Shown here: piece after piece, positions 1 to 10,537 of the stretch
Position numbering within the stretch: position 1 is the stretch's first letter
Layout: each line of letters begins with the position of its first letter
NCBI GenBank assembly: GCA_016182045.1
Contig: JACOYE010000011.1
Location: 39-64,038 of the forward strand
From: Candidatus Microgenomates bacterium
GTDB lineage: Bacteria; Patescibacteriota; Microgenomatia; Daviesbacterales; UBA10151
DNA: 64,000 nt
Direction: 5' to 3'
Translations under genes and position numbers: made by a program
Notes under the pieces: generated by a model
What the model was told of the DNA's origin: nothing
The model's database searches: none
Seen by the model: only the letters and a program-made list of their open reading frames with translations

Positions 1-67
1 ATTCGGATTTTCTCATGATTCAATGATTCAATTTCATTCGGATTTTAGATGAGTCATATCGAATCCT

Positions 68-97
68 TGACAAATAGTGCTAATATTTGGTATAACT
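68..97 (+). promoter_or_regulatory. Candidate sigma70-like promoter upstream of groES (TTGACA-18nt-TATAAC) with a CIRCE-like half site (TAGTGCTAA) in the spacer
   Basis: Read directly: ttgaca at 68-73, tataac at 92-97. tagtgctaa at 76-84 matches the 3-prime CIRCE half 8/9. The 5-prime half matches poorly (about 4/9). Confidence 0.35.
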
Positions 98-126
98 TCC
101 TCCAGAATTCCTGCCTCATTGATTCC

Positions 127-2077
<1,951 letters not shown>

Positions 2078-2117
2078 GTATGGCAACTGAAAGAGACACT
2101 TTTCCAACAGAGAGCCA

Positions 2118-2420
2118 GTGCAAGTTAGACTAGAAGAGTGGCTTGCCCCTTTTTCCAGGATAAAAACCCTTGAAGATTTGCAACCAGGTGAAACTCCTGA
2201 CGTACTTTTAGTTGCAGATACTTTTTATCTTGAAGGTATTGGACATGGTAGGATTCAGATTGCTAAGTTAGATGTTAGTGAAGGAAGTCTTTTATTAGAT
2301 TTATCAGGCGATGAGCCAGTTCTTAATCCCATGGTAAGGCAGTTCGGACGAATAGATGTTTTATTTAAGGATTTAGATAAAACAATGCTGACTAAACTTA
2401 AGTCTCTAATTTTATGGTAA
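2118..2420 (+). CDS. Hypothetical protein (GTG start), function unknown
   Basis: 100-aa ORF directly downstream of groEL. No family recognised by eye. Confidence 0.3.
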   Translation: MQVRLEEWLAPFSRIKTLEDLQPGETPDVLLVADTFYLEGIGHGRIQIAKLDVSEGSLLLDLSGDEPVLNPMVRQFGRIDVLFKDLDKTMLTKLKSLILW

Positions 2421-2423
2421 AAT

Positions 2424-2678
2424 ATGTTTATTATGCAAACTATTCCTTGGCAAAAAATTAAAGCTTTAGAAGATGAAATAAAGGTTTTAAAAAACCTAGG
2501 TAAAAAGCAGGTTAAAAAGACTACTAAGAAAGATAGTCTTAAAGGTATATTAAAGGCTAAACCCAGTAGTATTGAAGGTATTCTAAAAGGAGTTAATGTT
2601 AGCTGGAAGGATTTTCAAGAGGTAAAACAAATGTGGCTTGATGAAGATCACATACTGCACCAGAAGCACAAAAAGTGA
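2424..2678 (+). CDS. Small lysine-rich protein, putative antitoxin-like partner of the downstream PIN remnant
   Basis: 84-aa ORF. Its stop overlaps by 4 nt (GTGA) the start of a PIN-domain remnant, the classic TA arrangement. The C-terminal GILKGVNVSWKDFQEVKQMW resembles VapB-type antitoxin tails. This is inference. Confidence 0.35.
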   Translation: MFIMQTIPWQKIKALEDEIKVLKNLGKKQVKKTTKKDSLKGILKAKPSSIEGILKGVNVSWKDFQEVKQMWLDEDHILHQKHKK

Positions 2679-2770
2679 ATATTTTATTAGATACAAATGC
2701 TCTCTTCTGGTATTTAGAAGATTCTCCTGTATTAAGTAAGGATGATCAAACTTATAATCAAAACAAATAA
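2675..2770 (+). pseudogene. Truncated PIN-domain (VapC-like) toxin remnant, only ~31 codons
   Basis: Translation from GTG is VNILLDTNALFWYLEDSPVLSKDDQTYNQNK*. This matches the N-terminus of the (M)xILLDTHALLWFL...P.LS VapC subfamily and then stops. Compare the intact PIN protein at 55057-55497, which starts MYLLDSNILIY. Confidence 0.5.
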
Positions 2771-3140
2771 AGCGAAGCAAGCTTTGGATATTACGGATAT
2801 TATAAATCAAGAAATCAAAAAATTAGAAATTAAGGACGGGGTTTGTAATTTGTTTGTTACTCATACAACAGCTTCCATAACTACTGCTGATTTGGATCCT
2901 GGGACAGATCAGGATTATTTGGGTGCTTTTGAAAAACTTATTCCCAAATTGGATTTTCACCATCCCCATGATCCGCAACACACCCCTGATCACATTTTAT
3001 CTTCTTTAATAGGTACCTCAATTACTCTGCCGGTGGAGAATGGGAAATTGGTGTTAGGAATTTGGCAGAGAGTAGTTTTAATGGAATTTAATGGGCCAAG
3101 AGAACGAAATATTGTAGTTTCTATGGTAAGTTCTCGCTAA
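2742..3140 (+). CDS. YjbQ/UPF0047 family protein (secondary thiamine-phosphate synthase-like)
   Basis: FVTHTTASITTADLDPG...ENGKLVLGIWQRVVLMEFNGPRERNIVV matches the YjbQ signature. Confidence 0.8.
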   Translation: MIKLIIKTNKAKQALDITDIINQEIKKLEIKDGVCNLFVTHTTASITTADLDPGTDQDYLGAFEKLIPKLDFHHPHDPQHTPDHILSSLIGTSITLPVENGKLVLGIWQRVVLMEFNGPRERNIVVSMVSSR

Positions 3141-3180
3141 TCGCTCGAACAATAATAACCTATCTGTTACAATTTATATA

Positions 3181-3774
3181 ATGGCCAAGTTTCATTACCG
3201 AGAATCTCCCACACTAAAACAAAGAAAAGCTTTTGCTCCCTATCTTTCTGAAGATGAGGAATTGATTTTAGTGACAGGTTTTTCCAAAGCCTATACACGT
3301 TCCATGTTTACTTTATTCTTAGTTTTTCCTGGTTTAATTTTTGCTCTGGCAGGAGTAGGTATAGCTTGGCTTTTAGGACTTTCTAAACAAATGGCCATAA
3401 TTTTGGCAATTTCTTTGATGATATTTTCAGCACTGCTTAGAATCCTACATGTATACCATGCCAATCGCTATCTGCTTACCACCAGGCGGGTAATCATCAA
3501 AAAAGGTTTATTCTCTGTCAAACTAACCGCAGCTTTATATGATAAGATCACTCATTTAGAAGTAATTCAAGGTCTGATTGATAGATTTTTACTTCATCAC
3601 GGCACCATCATGGTCAATACTGCAGGTTTAAATAAGGGAGAAATTGTTTTAAAGTTTGTTGACTATCCAATGGAAATCAAAAATCTAATGGAGCGGCTTA
3701 TCAATAGGGAGCGGGAACAGTTTGGTTTAAGAGGAGCAACCATCACCGAAGTTGAAGGTGAAATCATTTCTTAG
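3181..3774 (+). CDS. Membrane-anchored bacterial PH domain protein (bPH_2/YdbT-like)
   Basis: Two TM helices followed by RRVIIKKGLFSVKLTAALYDKITHLEVIQGLIDRF..GTIMVNTAG, typical of DUF304/bPH_2. Confidence 0.55.
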   Translation: MAKFHYRESPTLKQRKAFAPYLSEDEELILVTGFSKAYTRSMFTLFLVFPGLIFALAGVGIAWLLGLSKQMAIILAISLMIFSALLRILHVYHANRYLLTTRRVIIKKGLFSVKLTAALYDKITHLEVIQGLIDRFLLHHGTIMVNTAGLNKGEIVLKFVDYPMEIKNLMERLINREREQFGLRGATITEVEGEIIS

Positions 3775-4399
3775 CCAAGTTCTCGTTGGGCATATCAGGA
3801 ATTTCCGGTAAGATTGTTAAGGGATTAATGTAGTTGCCATCTTTGGTAATTTCCAAATGGGTATGAGGACCGGAGGTGAATCCAGACAAACCAACCTCTC
3901 CGATGATGTTTTCAGATCTAACTTCTTGACCTTTCTTGATATAAATTCTTCCCATATGTCCATATAAAGACTTGAATCCTTCAGTATGAGAGATAATCAA
4001 ATGATTACCATAGCCCCAAAAGCTGAAATTGACCTGCTCCACAGTTCCGGCGGTAATGGGATGGATGGGCATTCCCAAGCCGGCGGCAATATCGACACCA
4101 GGGTGAGATCTGGAGAAAGATGTTGAGAGGTAACCGGGATGAGGTAAAACAACCGGTTGAGGAAAAGAAGAGGCAATGATGCCATCTTGCACCTGATTTT
4201 GAGCAAAAGAGGTGGAGAGTCTGACAGGTGGAAATGTCAAAGCCGGATAGTAGCCGAAAAAGAAAAGAAGCAAGGTGATAATTATGGTAAGTCGTTGAAA
4301 CCTTTTTGGAACCCTTGACTTGATGTTAAAAAATCTTTGAGTTAGGGCGACCCCTTCAAAAACTTTTCTAGGCAGAAGGTTTTGAATTTTCTCTTTCAA
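3764..4399 (-). CDS. M23 family metallopeptidase (LytM-like)
   Basis: HPGVDIAAGLGMPIHPITAGTV...GYGNHLIISHTEGFKSLYGHM...GLSGFTSGPHTHLEI contains the HxxxD and HxH M23 motifs. Confidence 0.8.
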   Translation of the reverse strand: MKEKIQNLLPRKVFEGVALTQRFFNIKSRVPKRFQRLTIIITLLLFFFGYYPALTFPPVRLSTSFAQNQVQDGIIASSFPQPVVLPHPGYLSTSFSRSHPGVDIAAGLGMPIHPITAGTVEQVNFSFWGYGNHLIISHTEGFKSLYGHMGRIYIKKGQEVRSENIIGEVGLSGFTSGPHTHLEITKDGNYINPLTILPEIPDMPNENLAKK

Positions 4400-4494
4400 A
4401 AGAAAGCCAAGCTTTTTAAGGGCTTGGTAAGGAGGAATACTAACAAATTTTTCTTAAGATGTAAAGCTTACTGTGGTATATTATACTTTAGCTT

Positions 4495-5310
4495 GTGCCA
4501 AAACTTATGAAAAAGACTCTGCTTTTGGTTTTAGTAAGCATCAGCATTGCTTTGCTGATTGTTCGTTTCAGTTCAAAAGGCTTGGAGATTTTTTTGGGCA
4601 TCAAAGAAAAGAGTGGCCTGTCTATTTTATCCCAACCTTCCGATGCCACTGTTTTTCTTGATGGTCAAGAGGTGGGTAAAACTCCATATGAAGATAAGAA
4701 CTTACTTGTTAAAGACTATGTTGTTAAAATCGAAAAAGATCAATCCTTTTGGGAAGGAAAGGTTAGTTTAATAGCAGGAACACTGGTCGTTGTAAATAGG
4801 GAATTATCTAAAGAATTAACCACCTCTGCAGGTGAGATTTTAACTCTAAGAAAAGGTAGAGGTTTAACTGTCATATCAAATCCCAATAGTGCAGATGTAG
4901 AAGTAGACAATAAACCATCTGGTAAGACTCCTTTGTCAGTTAATGTATCAAGCGGTGAGCATAATGTTTCAGTTTCTCACCCGGGTTATCTAAAAAGGAA
5001 TATCAGAGCGATGTTGCCGTCTGAATATAACCTGGTTGTTTCTGTTGATTTGGCTATTGCTGAGGCCGATCTTACCACCATAACTACTCCTCCTATAACT
5101 CAAACTCCCCAAGTTTTGGTAAAGGACACCCCCACGGGATTTTTAAGAGTTAGAGATAAGCCTTCTTTATCAGGAAAAGAAATTGCTCAAGTTAAACCTG
5201 GTGATACCCTGATACTTTTGGAAGAGCTTCCTTCTTGGGACAGAGTTAGATTACCTGATGGGACTGAGGGTTATGTTTCCTCAGTTTATGTAGAGAAAAA
5301 GAATCCCTAA
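4495..5310 (+). CDS. Secreted/membrane-anchored PEGA-domain protein with C-terminal SH3b-like domain
   Basis: N-terminal TM segment. Repeated PEGA-like segments (DGQEVGKTP, VDNKPSGKTP). C-terminal GFLRVRDKPSLSGKEIAQVKPGDTLILLEE..WDRVRLPDGTEGYV is SH3b-like. Confidence 0.55.
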   Translation: MPKLMKKTLLLVLVSISIALLIVRFSSKGLEIFLGIKEKSGLSILSQPSDATVFLDGQEVGKTPYEDKNLLVKDYVVKIEKDQSFWEGKVSLIAGTLVVVNRELSKELTTSAGEILTLRKGRGLTVISNPNSADVEVDNKPSGKTPLSVNVSSGEHNVSVSHPGYLKRNIRAMLPSEYNLVVSVDLAIAEADLTTITTPPITQTPQVLVKDTPTGFLRVRDKPSLSGKEIAQVKPGDTLILLEELPSWDRVRLPDGTEGYVSSVYVEKKNP

Positions 5311-5343
5311 CCTGTGGTTTGCCAGTAAAATAAAAATAGTGCT

Positions 5344-5372
5344 TGACAAATTGCCCATAAAATGTTAAATTT
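5344..5372 (+). promoter_or_regulatory. Candidate promoter for the marR-like gene (TTGACA-17nt-TAAATT)
   Basis: ttgaca at 5344-5349 and taaatt at 5367-5372, read directly. Confidence 0.35.
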
Positions 5373-5385
5373 TTAATTGTTTGCC

Positions 5386-5400
5386 TTCTAATAATTAGAA
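5386..5400. promoter_or_regulatory. 15-bp perfect palindrome ttctaataattagaa between the promoter and the marR start (candidate MarR operator)
   Basis: Perfect dyad symmetry read directly. MarR regulators bind palindromes overlapping their own promoters. Confidence 0.35.
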
Positions 5401-5427
5401 AACTAAAGAAAGGGTGGCAAGACTTTC

Positions 5428-5862
5428 TTGAGGCATACATTAATCTTTCACACTATAAATATCGCCAGAAAACTCCAACAGAGAGTAAGTTTTCGAGATA
5501 CCCACTTACCTTTATCATATTCCCAAGCTTTAACTTTAATCACCCTTCGTTTGAAAAAAAGCTTAAGTCAAAATGAGTTAGCTTTAATACTTTATCTTAG
5601 CCCAGCTTCCGTGGTCACTCTGATTGATGAACTGGAGAAACTCGGCTTAGTCAAAAGAGAGATACCGAGCGATGATCGTAGAAGGTATAGCATTGTATTA
5701 ACCAAAAAAGGGCAAAGGAAAGCTATAGCCATAAGAGATCTAACTTATAAATTGGACGATTTCCTCAAAGATAAACTTCAAGCAAGACATAACCGTTCTT
5801 TTCATTTGAATCTGAATAAAATAGATCATTATTTAGACCAATGGAAAGGAGGTGAAAAGTGA
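5428..5862 (+). CDS. MarR family transcriptional regulator
   Basis: The wHTH LSQNELALILYLSPASVVTLIDELEKLGLVKREIPSDDRRRYSIVLTKKGQ is typical MarR. Confidence 0.75.
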   Translation: MRHTLIFHTINIARKLQQRVSFRDTHLPLSYSQALTLITLRLKKSLSQNELALILYLSPASVVTLIDELEKLGLVKREIPSDDRRRYSIVLTKKGQRKAIAIRDLTYKLDDFLKDKLQARHNRSFHLNLNKIDHYLDQWKGGEK

Positions 5863-6311
5863 AGTATCTTGCTCAAAGTGAAATTTGGCAACTTGATCAG
5901 GTAACAGGTGTGCAAGCGTTAAATGGTCAGCCTCCCTCAAGGGTACTGGCTCGTTTTAAACAGATTTTCCCCTTGACGTTGTTTCGTGACGAGTTGATCA
6001 TCGAAGAATTGAGAATGGTTTGGGTCAGAAGAGACGGACCATGGGCCGAGGAGGTGATTTCTATTATGGCCACCGATATTGCCTGCGTTGATGCCTCATC
6101 CGGACCATTTTTTGGACATGTACATATCAAAAGCCTAACTGGTGGTTTAGATATTTTTGTAGACAAATTACAAAGAGGTCATGTCTATCAGATTAGAGCA
6201 TTGGTTGAAACTATTGCCTTAGCCTCCAGAGCAGGTAAAATAATTAATGGTTCTCTTCAAGCAGGTGGACACTCTCATTTTCCGAGTCAAGGTCATATTG
6301 AGATGAACTAA
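5859..6311 (+). CDS. Hypothetical protein, translationally coupled to marR (4-nt overlap)
   Basis: 150-aa ORF, no family recognised. Its start overlaps the marR stop. Confidence 0.3.
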   Translation: MKYLAQSEIWQLDQVTGVQALNGQPPSRVLARFKQIFPLTLFRDELIIEELRMVWVRRDGPWAEEVISIMATDIACVDASSGPFFGHVHIKSLTGGLDIFVDKLQRGHVYQIRALVETIALASRAGKIINGSLQAGGHSHFPSQGHIEMN

Positions 6312-6385
6312 CCATCTGCTTGTATCAAAAAACTATCCAATCTTCTTAAGAGGAGATAGAATCTTTAATAAACTTTAGCGGCTTT

Positions 6386-7318
6386 TCAAGCCCCCAGATA
6401 ATAAATTATTCCAACTACCACAACAAGCCAGAGAAGAACTGCTATAAGAAGCGGTCTGTCGGTGAGTAAGACTCTTTCAGGAGACTCTCCCTCCTTTTTT
6501 TCATAAATTATATACAGATACCTCATAACTCCATAGATTACTAAAGGAACTGTTGCCATCAGATATTTTGCTTCAGCAAAAGGTAGCTCCAAACCCCCTA
6601 AAAAGTTAGATAGAGCACTTCTGGCGTTGATAGGTGGTTGTAAGAAAGCAAAGAAAGCATAAGTTAACCAGGTAGAGTTGGCAAACATAGAAGTTAAGAT
6701 ATCCAACAAGTTTTCAGAATAATGCAAAAGAGTTTCTCTATGGCGAGCAGCCTGGCTTTCCATCAAAGTTCGCTCAGACCGCCTCTTTCCAATTGCCAAA
6801 AATAAAGCAAAAGATATAACAGAAAGTAAAAACCAAACATTAAGATGAGCATCTATTGCCCAAACTCCCGCGTATACTCTTAAAACAAATCCAGTAGCAA
6901 TCACCATCACATCAATTAAAATGACCTGTTTTAGATAAGCTGAATAAAAAAGTTGCAAAACTAGATAGGTTAATGCAGCAAAGAAAAAGGCAGGGGAGAG
7001 TTTGTAGGATAAGGGGAGAAGCAGACCGATTATAGCCAGTGCCACTGCAGTGGCAACCGATACAGGGACTGATCCTTCGGCAATAGGACGCTTCTTTTTA
7101 AAAGGGTGAAGTTTATCTCTTTCAATATCGAAAACATCGTTTAAAAGATAGGTGGCAGATGAGAAAGCGCAAAAAAACAAAAACGCTTGGAGTGTCTTAA
7201 TTTGACTTATGGGGTCAAATAATGAGCCGGAAAAAATAAGAGCAGCAAATATGCTTAAGTTTTTTATCCACTGTCTGGGACGCGACGCTTTGATAAGTCC
7301 CCAAAGAAGTTTAACCAT
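6386..7318 (-). CDS. UbiA-family prenyltransferase, decaprenyl-phosphate phosphoribosyltransferase-like
   Basis: N-terminal RPRQWIKN, NDVFDIERDKLHP (NDxxDxxxD motif) and multiple TM helices. Confidence 0.7.
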   Translation of the reverse strand: MVKLLWGLIKASRPRQWIKNLSIFAALIFSGSLFDPISQIKTLQAFLFFCAFSSATYLLNDVFDIERDKLHPFKKKRPIAEGSVPVSVATAVALAIIGLLLPLSYKLSPAFFFAALTYLVLQLFYSAYLKQVILIDVMVIATGFVLRVYAGVWAIDAHLNVWFLLSVISFALFLAIGKRRSERTLMESQAARHRETLLHYSENLLDILTSMFANSTWLTYAFFAFLQPPINARSALSNFLGGLELPFAEAKYLMATVPLVIYGVMRYLYIIYEKKEGESPERVLLTDRPLLIAVLLWLVVVVGIIYYLGA

Positions 7319-8307
7319 AGTATACCACCTAATATTAGTATTGCCACCAAGATGGTCGCAAACAGTTTGCCGGATGATGACAAACCCAGGGCGATAAGCC
7401 CTAAGATAACAGATCCCAAAAGGTAAAACAAGGAGATTCTCTGATGTGTCAGACCTATCTCTAAAAGTTTATGGTGCAGATGTCCTCTGTCTCCCCAAAC
7501 AGGGGATTTCTTTTGAAAAATTCTTCTTAGGAATGTGTAGGCAAAATCTGTGGCGGGAATCAAAAGCACCAGCGTGGCAGTTGCTAGTTTTGCTCCCGAT
7601 AAAATTGCCAAAGTGGCAATCATAAATCCCAAAATTGTTGAACCTGAAAATGCGGGGAAAATCTTTGCCGGATACCAATTAAAGACCAAAAGCCCCAAAG
7701 ATGCGCCGGCTGTGATAAAGGCAATTTTGGCCACATCTGCTTGATTAGGATCTCCCAATAGAGTAAGTTTAATAGAGAGCAGTCCTAAAACTGCCGCGGC
7801 TACAGTAACAATTGAGGGCATTTGGCCATCTACCCCCTTTGACCAATTAATCATATTCATTACCCATACAATCCAAATTAAGGCCAAAAGATAAGAGATA
7901 AAGGGAGAGAAATGAATGATCCCTCCCAGGGGATTGGTGATAAAATTTATCCCTACTCCACTCCAAACCACTACTAAGGCAGCAATGAATTGAGAAAAAA
8001 GCCTAAAATAGGGAGATAAATTTTGATATTTATCATCCAAAAGTCCAATAAATAAAAGAATTAAAAGAGCTAAGAAAATAGCAATGATAACTTTACTTAG
8101 AGGAATAAAGATAAATATAGTAAAGATAATTCCTAAAAATGGTGCCAATCCGCCTGCCCGAGGGACTGTCCTTTTTTGTATATGTGCAGGATGAGGTCTA
8201 ATCCTTGGGTTGTCTATCAGATTAAATTTTTTTGCTATTTTAATCGCGGGATACATGGCAATGGTAGTTGTGAAAAAGGATATAATGGCAGGCAAAAGAA
8301 ATTGCAT
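7264..8307 (-). CDS. Glycosyltransferase family 4 polyprenyl-phosphate sugar-1-phosphate transferase (MraY/WecA family)
   Basis: The N-terminus (KKFNLIDNPRIRPHPAHIQKRTVPRAGGLAPFLGI), DDKYQNLSPYFRL and ~10 TM helices match MraY/WecA topology. The 3-prime end overlaps the UbiA-family gene by ~55 nt, so one of the two starts may be misplaced. Confidence 0.8.
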   Translation of the reverse strand: MQFLLPAIISFFTTTIAMYPAIKIAKKFNLIDNPRIRPHPAHIQKRTVPRAGGLAPFLGIIFTIFIFIPLSKVIIAIFLALLILLFIGLLDDKYQNLSPYFRLFSQFIAALVVVWSGVGINFITNPLGGIIHFSPFISYLLALIWIVWVMNMINWSKGVDGQMPSIVTVAAAVLGLLSIKLTLLGDPNQADVAKIAFITAGASLGLLVFNWYPAKIFPAFSGSTILGFMIATLAILSGAKLATATLVLLIPATDFAYTFLRRIFQKKSPVWGDRGHLHHKLLEIGLTHQRISLFYLLGSVILGLIALGLSSSGKLFATILVAILILGGILWLNFFGDLSKRRVPDSG

Positions 8308-8313
8308 ATAAAT

Positions 8314-8655
8314 TTAAATAAATATAAAGATTATTTTTAGATAGGTCAGGCTCAGAATGAGGGTATTGATTAAAGATGAGATCATTAATATTTTTTTAAA
8401 AAAAGTCTGACTTAAATGTAGGTGCCAGGAGATTGCTAAATTGCCTAAGGCGATTAGCATAATGATAGCGGGAATGATGAAAAATTGCTGATGGGTTGCC
8501 AGCTGATTATCACCCCAGGGTAGAGAATAAAATAATGGTAATTTATTTGGTAAATTTTTTGAAAGAAGTAAGATAGATAGCCCGATGAAAGCAGCTATCA
8601 ATATAGATAAAGCTTGGAGCCAAAGATAAAATTTATTGTTTTTTAAGACAAACAT
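8314..8655 (-). CDS. Small integral membrane protein, unknown
   Basis: Hydrophobic 113-aa ORF embedded in the glycosyltransferase cluster. Confidence 0.3.
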   Translation of the reverse strand: MFVLKNNKFYLWLQALSILIAAFIGLSILLLSKNLPNKLPLFYSLPWGDNQLATHQQFFIIPAIIMLIALGNLAISWHLHLSQTFFKKILMISSLINTLILSLTYLKIIFIFI

Positions 8656-8656
8656 T

Positions 8657-10465
8657 TTAATAATTTAAATTTTTCTCAAGAAGTCTAGCTTTATTGGTGA
8701 CCCTAAATTCCAATTTCTTACCAAACATGAGAGAAGTTTGGGCATCGATTGCCGGTAGGGATGAGATGGTAATTAAAATAATTGGCACCAAAAGCCACTG
8801 GATATATGACCAGATTACTTTAAAAATAGACCAACCCTTTGGCCTTTTGGGGACGGTTTTTTCGTGGACTAAAATGGTTGCAAAAAGCCCCAAAAAAGCC
8901 GTAGTTAAAATCCAGGAAGAGATAATGGGTAAGTTAACCGATAAAACAGAAAGTTTGTAGCTTGGGTTAACCAATGGAATCAAAAGACTACCGAAGGTGA
9001 CGAATATCGCCAAAAACCCCCATTTCAAATCCCCCCAAATTTTAAATAGTAACTTGTCGGTTTTATCCCAAAAGTCAACTTCTTTTTTAAAATATTGTTT
9101 TACTATAAAAGGTATATGTTCAACCCCATAAGCCCAACGTTTAATTTGTAAATATTGATTTTGGAAGGTCTTAAGAAGTGTGGTATCTTGGACAGCATCT
9201 CCGGAAATTGGCAGGAAATGGGGAATAACTTTGTAGTCGCCATTAAAGTGGAAGTAAGCTTTCCAGTAAAAACCGGAGTCGTCATTAACCTTATCCGGTA
9301 TCCACAAACCAACATCCAACAACGCTTTAAGAGAAATGGACATAGATGAATAGTTAATATATTTATCAGAGCCAACCATTTCCGCCAGTTGCCAAAATGA
9401 AGTTCCGGTGGCCATCAATCTCATGGGAGTGGGAGTCTGCCAATAATTGTTGTGATATAAGAATACCCCGGTAAATGAACGTTTATCTCTTTTTGACTGC
9501 GGCTGTGATAAGTATTTATGCAAGCTGCCTGCCAGAAATTGAGGATTAATACAAAAATCTGCATCCAAGGTAGTGACAAAAACATCTTCAATTTTGATGC
9601 CTCTTTTTTTAAACTCGGTAAGGATATTATTGATCATCCAGTTTTTGTTTGAACCTTGACCCGGGACTTCTCCCGGCAGACCATAAGGGTGAATGGTGGT
9701 GAATACTCCAGCAATTTTTGACTCGATCTTTTTAAGAATATTTTTAGTTTCGGTAATTTTTTTTGGATCATCTCTTTCTTCAAAGCCAACAGCTAAAAAC
9801 ATTTTATCTTTAGAGTAGTTTGAATTTAATATTGCTTCAAAAGTAGAAGTCAAAATATAGGGAGGCTCTTTATAGGTAGGGATCAGTATTAAATGATAGT
9901 ATTTTTGCCAATTTTGGGGGAAATCTTTTTGCAAAAGATTTAACCAATCCTTACTTTTGGCAACCTCCATTTTTCTATATCCAATCAAAATAAGTACACC
10001 AATTTTTAAAGCACTAAGTAACCAGTAAACATCAGCAATTAAAATTAAGTAAGCCACAACATAAGGTAAGGTGAAGGAAAGCCAAACAGGGGAGGTGAGA
10101 GCAAGCCAGGTGATTGCCCCAGGCAAAATTTCCAAGATTCTTTCAACTAAATTTTCATGTTTTAAAACAAAGTCTTTTTCTATCCTTTCAGACAAAATAT
10201 AACGACGAGAAAGAAGATGATGTAGCACCAGTCCAATACCAGAACCAATTAAAAATAGACCTGATAAAATATTAAGCCCACTACCTAAAAAAGATTGTCC
10301 AAAAATGCTTAAAAAAATTCCCACCGCAATAAAGATTATCCCAACCAAACTATGGGTTATAGGAATAACCTCTAAGGCAGGATATTTTCTGCCCAATCTC
10401 TGAAAAAGTTCTGCCAAATAAAAAAATGATACTAAACCTATAAAAAATGATAAGATTAAACGCAT
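8657..10465 (-). CDS. Membrane-embedded family 2 glycosyltransferase (cellulose-synthase-like topology)
   Basis: N-terminal TM block, cytoplasmic GT-A domain with TTLDADF (D,D,D) and QxxRW-like KRWAYG, then C-terminal TM helices. Confidence 0.6.
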   Translation of the reverse strand: MRLILSFFIGLVSFFYLAELFQRLGRKYPALEVIPITHSLVGIIFIAVGIFLSIFGQSFLGSGLNILSGLFLIGSGIGLVLHHLLSRRYILSERIEKDFVLKHENLVERILEILPGAITWLALTSPVWLSFTLPYVVAYLILIADVYWLLSALKIGVLILIGYRKMEVAKSKDWLNLLQKDFPQNWQKYYHLILIPTYKEPPYILTSTFEAILNSNYSKDKMFLAVGFEERDDPKKITETKNILKKIESKIAGVFTTIHPYGLPGEVPGQGSNKNWMINNILTEFKKRGIKIEDVFVTTLDADFCINPQFLAGSLHKYLSQPQSKRDKRSFTGVFLYHNNYWQTPTPMRLMATGTSFWQLAEMVGSDKYINYSSMSISLKALLDVGLWIPDKVNDDSGFYWKAYFHFNGDYKVIPHFLPISGDAVQDTTLLKTFQNQYLQIKRWAYGVEHIPFIVKQYFKKEVDFWDKTDKLLFKIWGDLKWGFLAIFVTFGSLLIPLVNPSYKLSVLSVNLPIISSWILTTAFLGLFATILVHEKTVPKRPKGWSIFKVIWSYIQWLLVPIILITISSLPAIDAQTSLMFGKKLEFRVTNKARLLEKNLNY

Positions 10466-10516
10466 AATTTTGAGGACAGTAAGCTTAGTTTAATGAATTT
10501 GATAGGTGAAATCAAA

Positions 10517-10537
10517 TGATCCGCCTTTGGCGGATCA
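10517..10537 (-). terminator. Hairpin tgatccgcc-tttg-gcggatca overlapping the tatD stop codon. Candidate terminator for tatD (minus strand).
   Basis: Perfect 8-9 bp stem read directly. Downstream RNA on the minus strand is only moderately U-rich. Confidence 0.3.
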
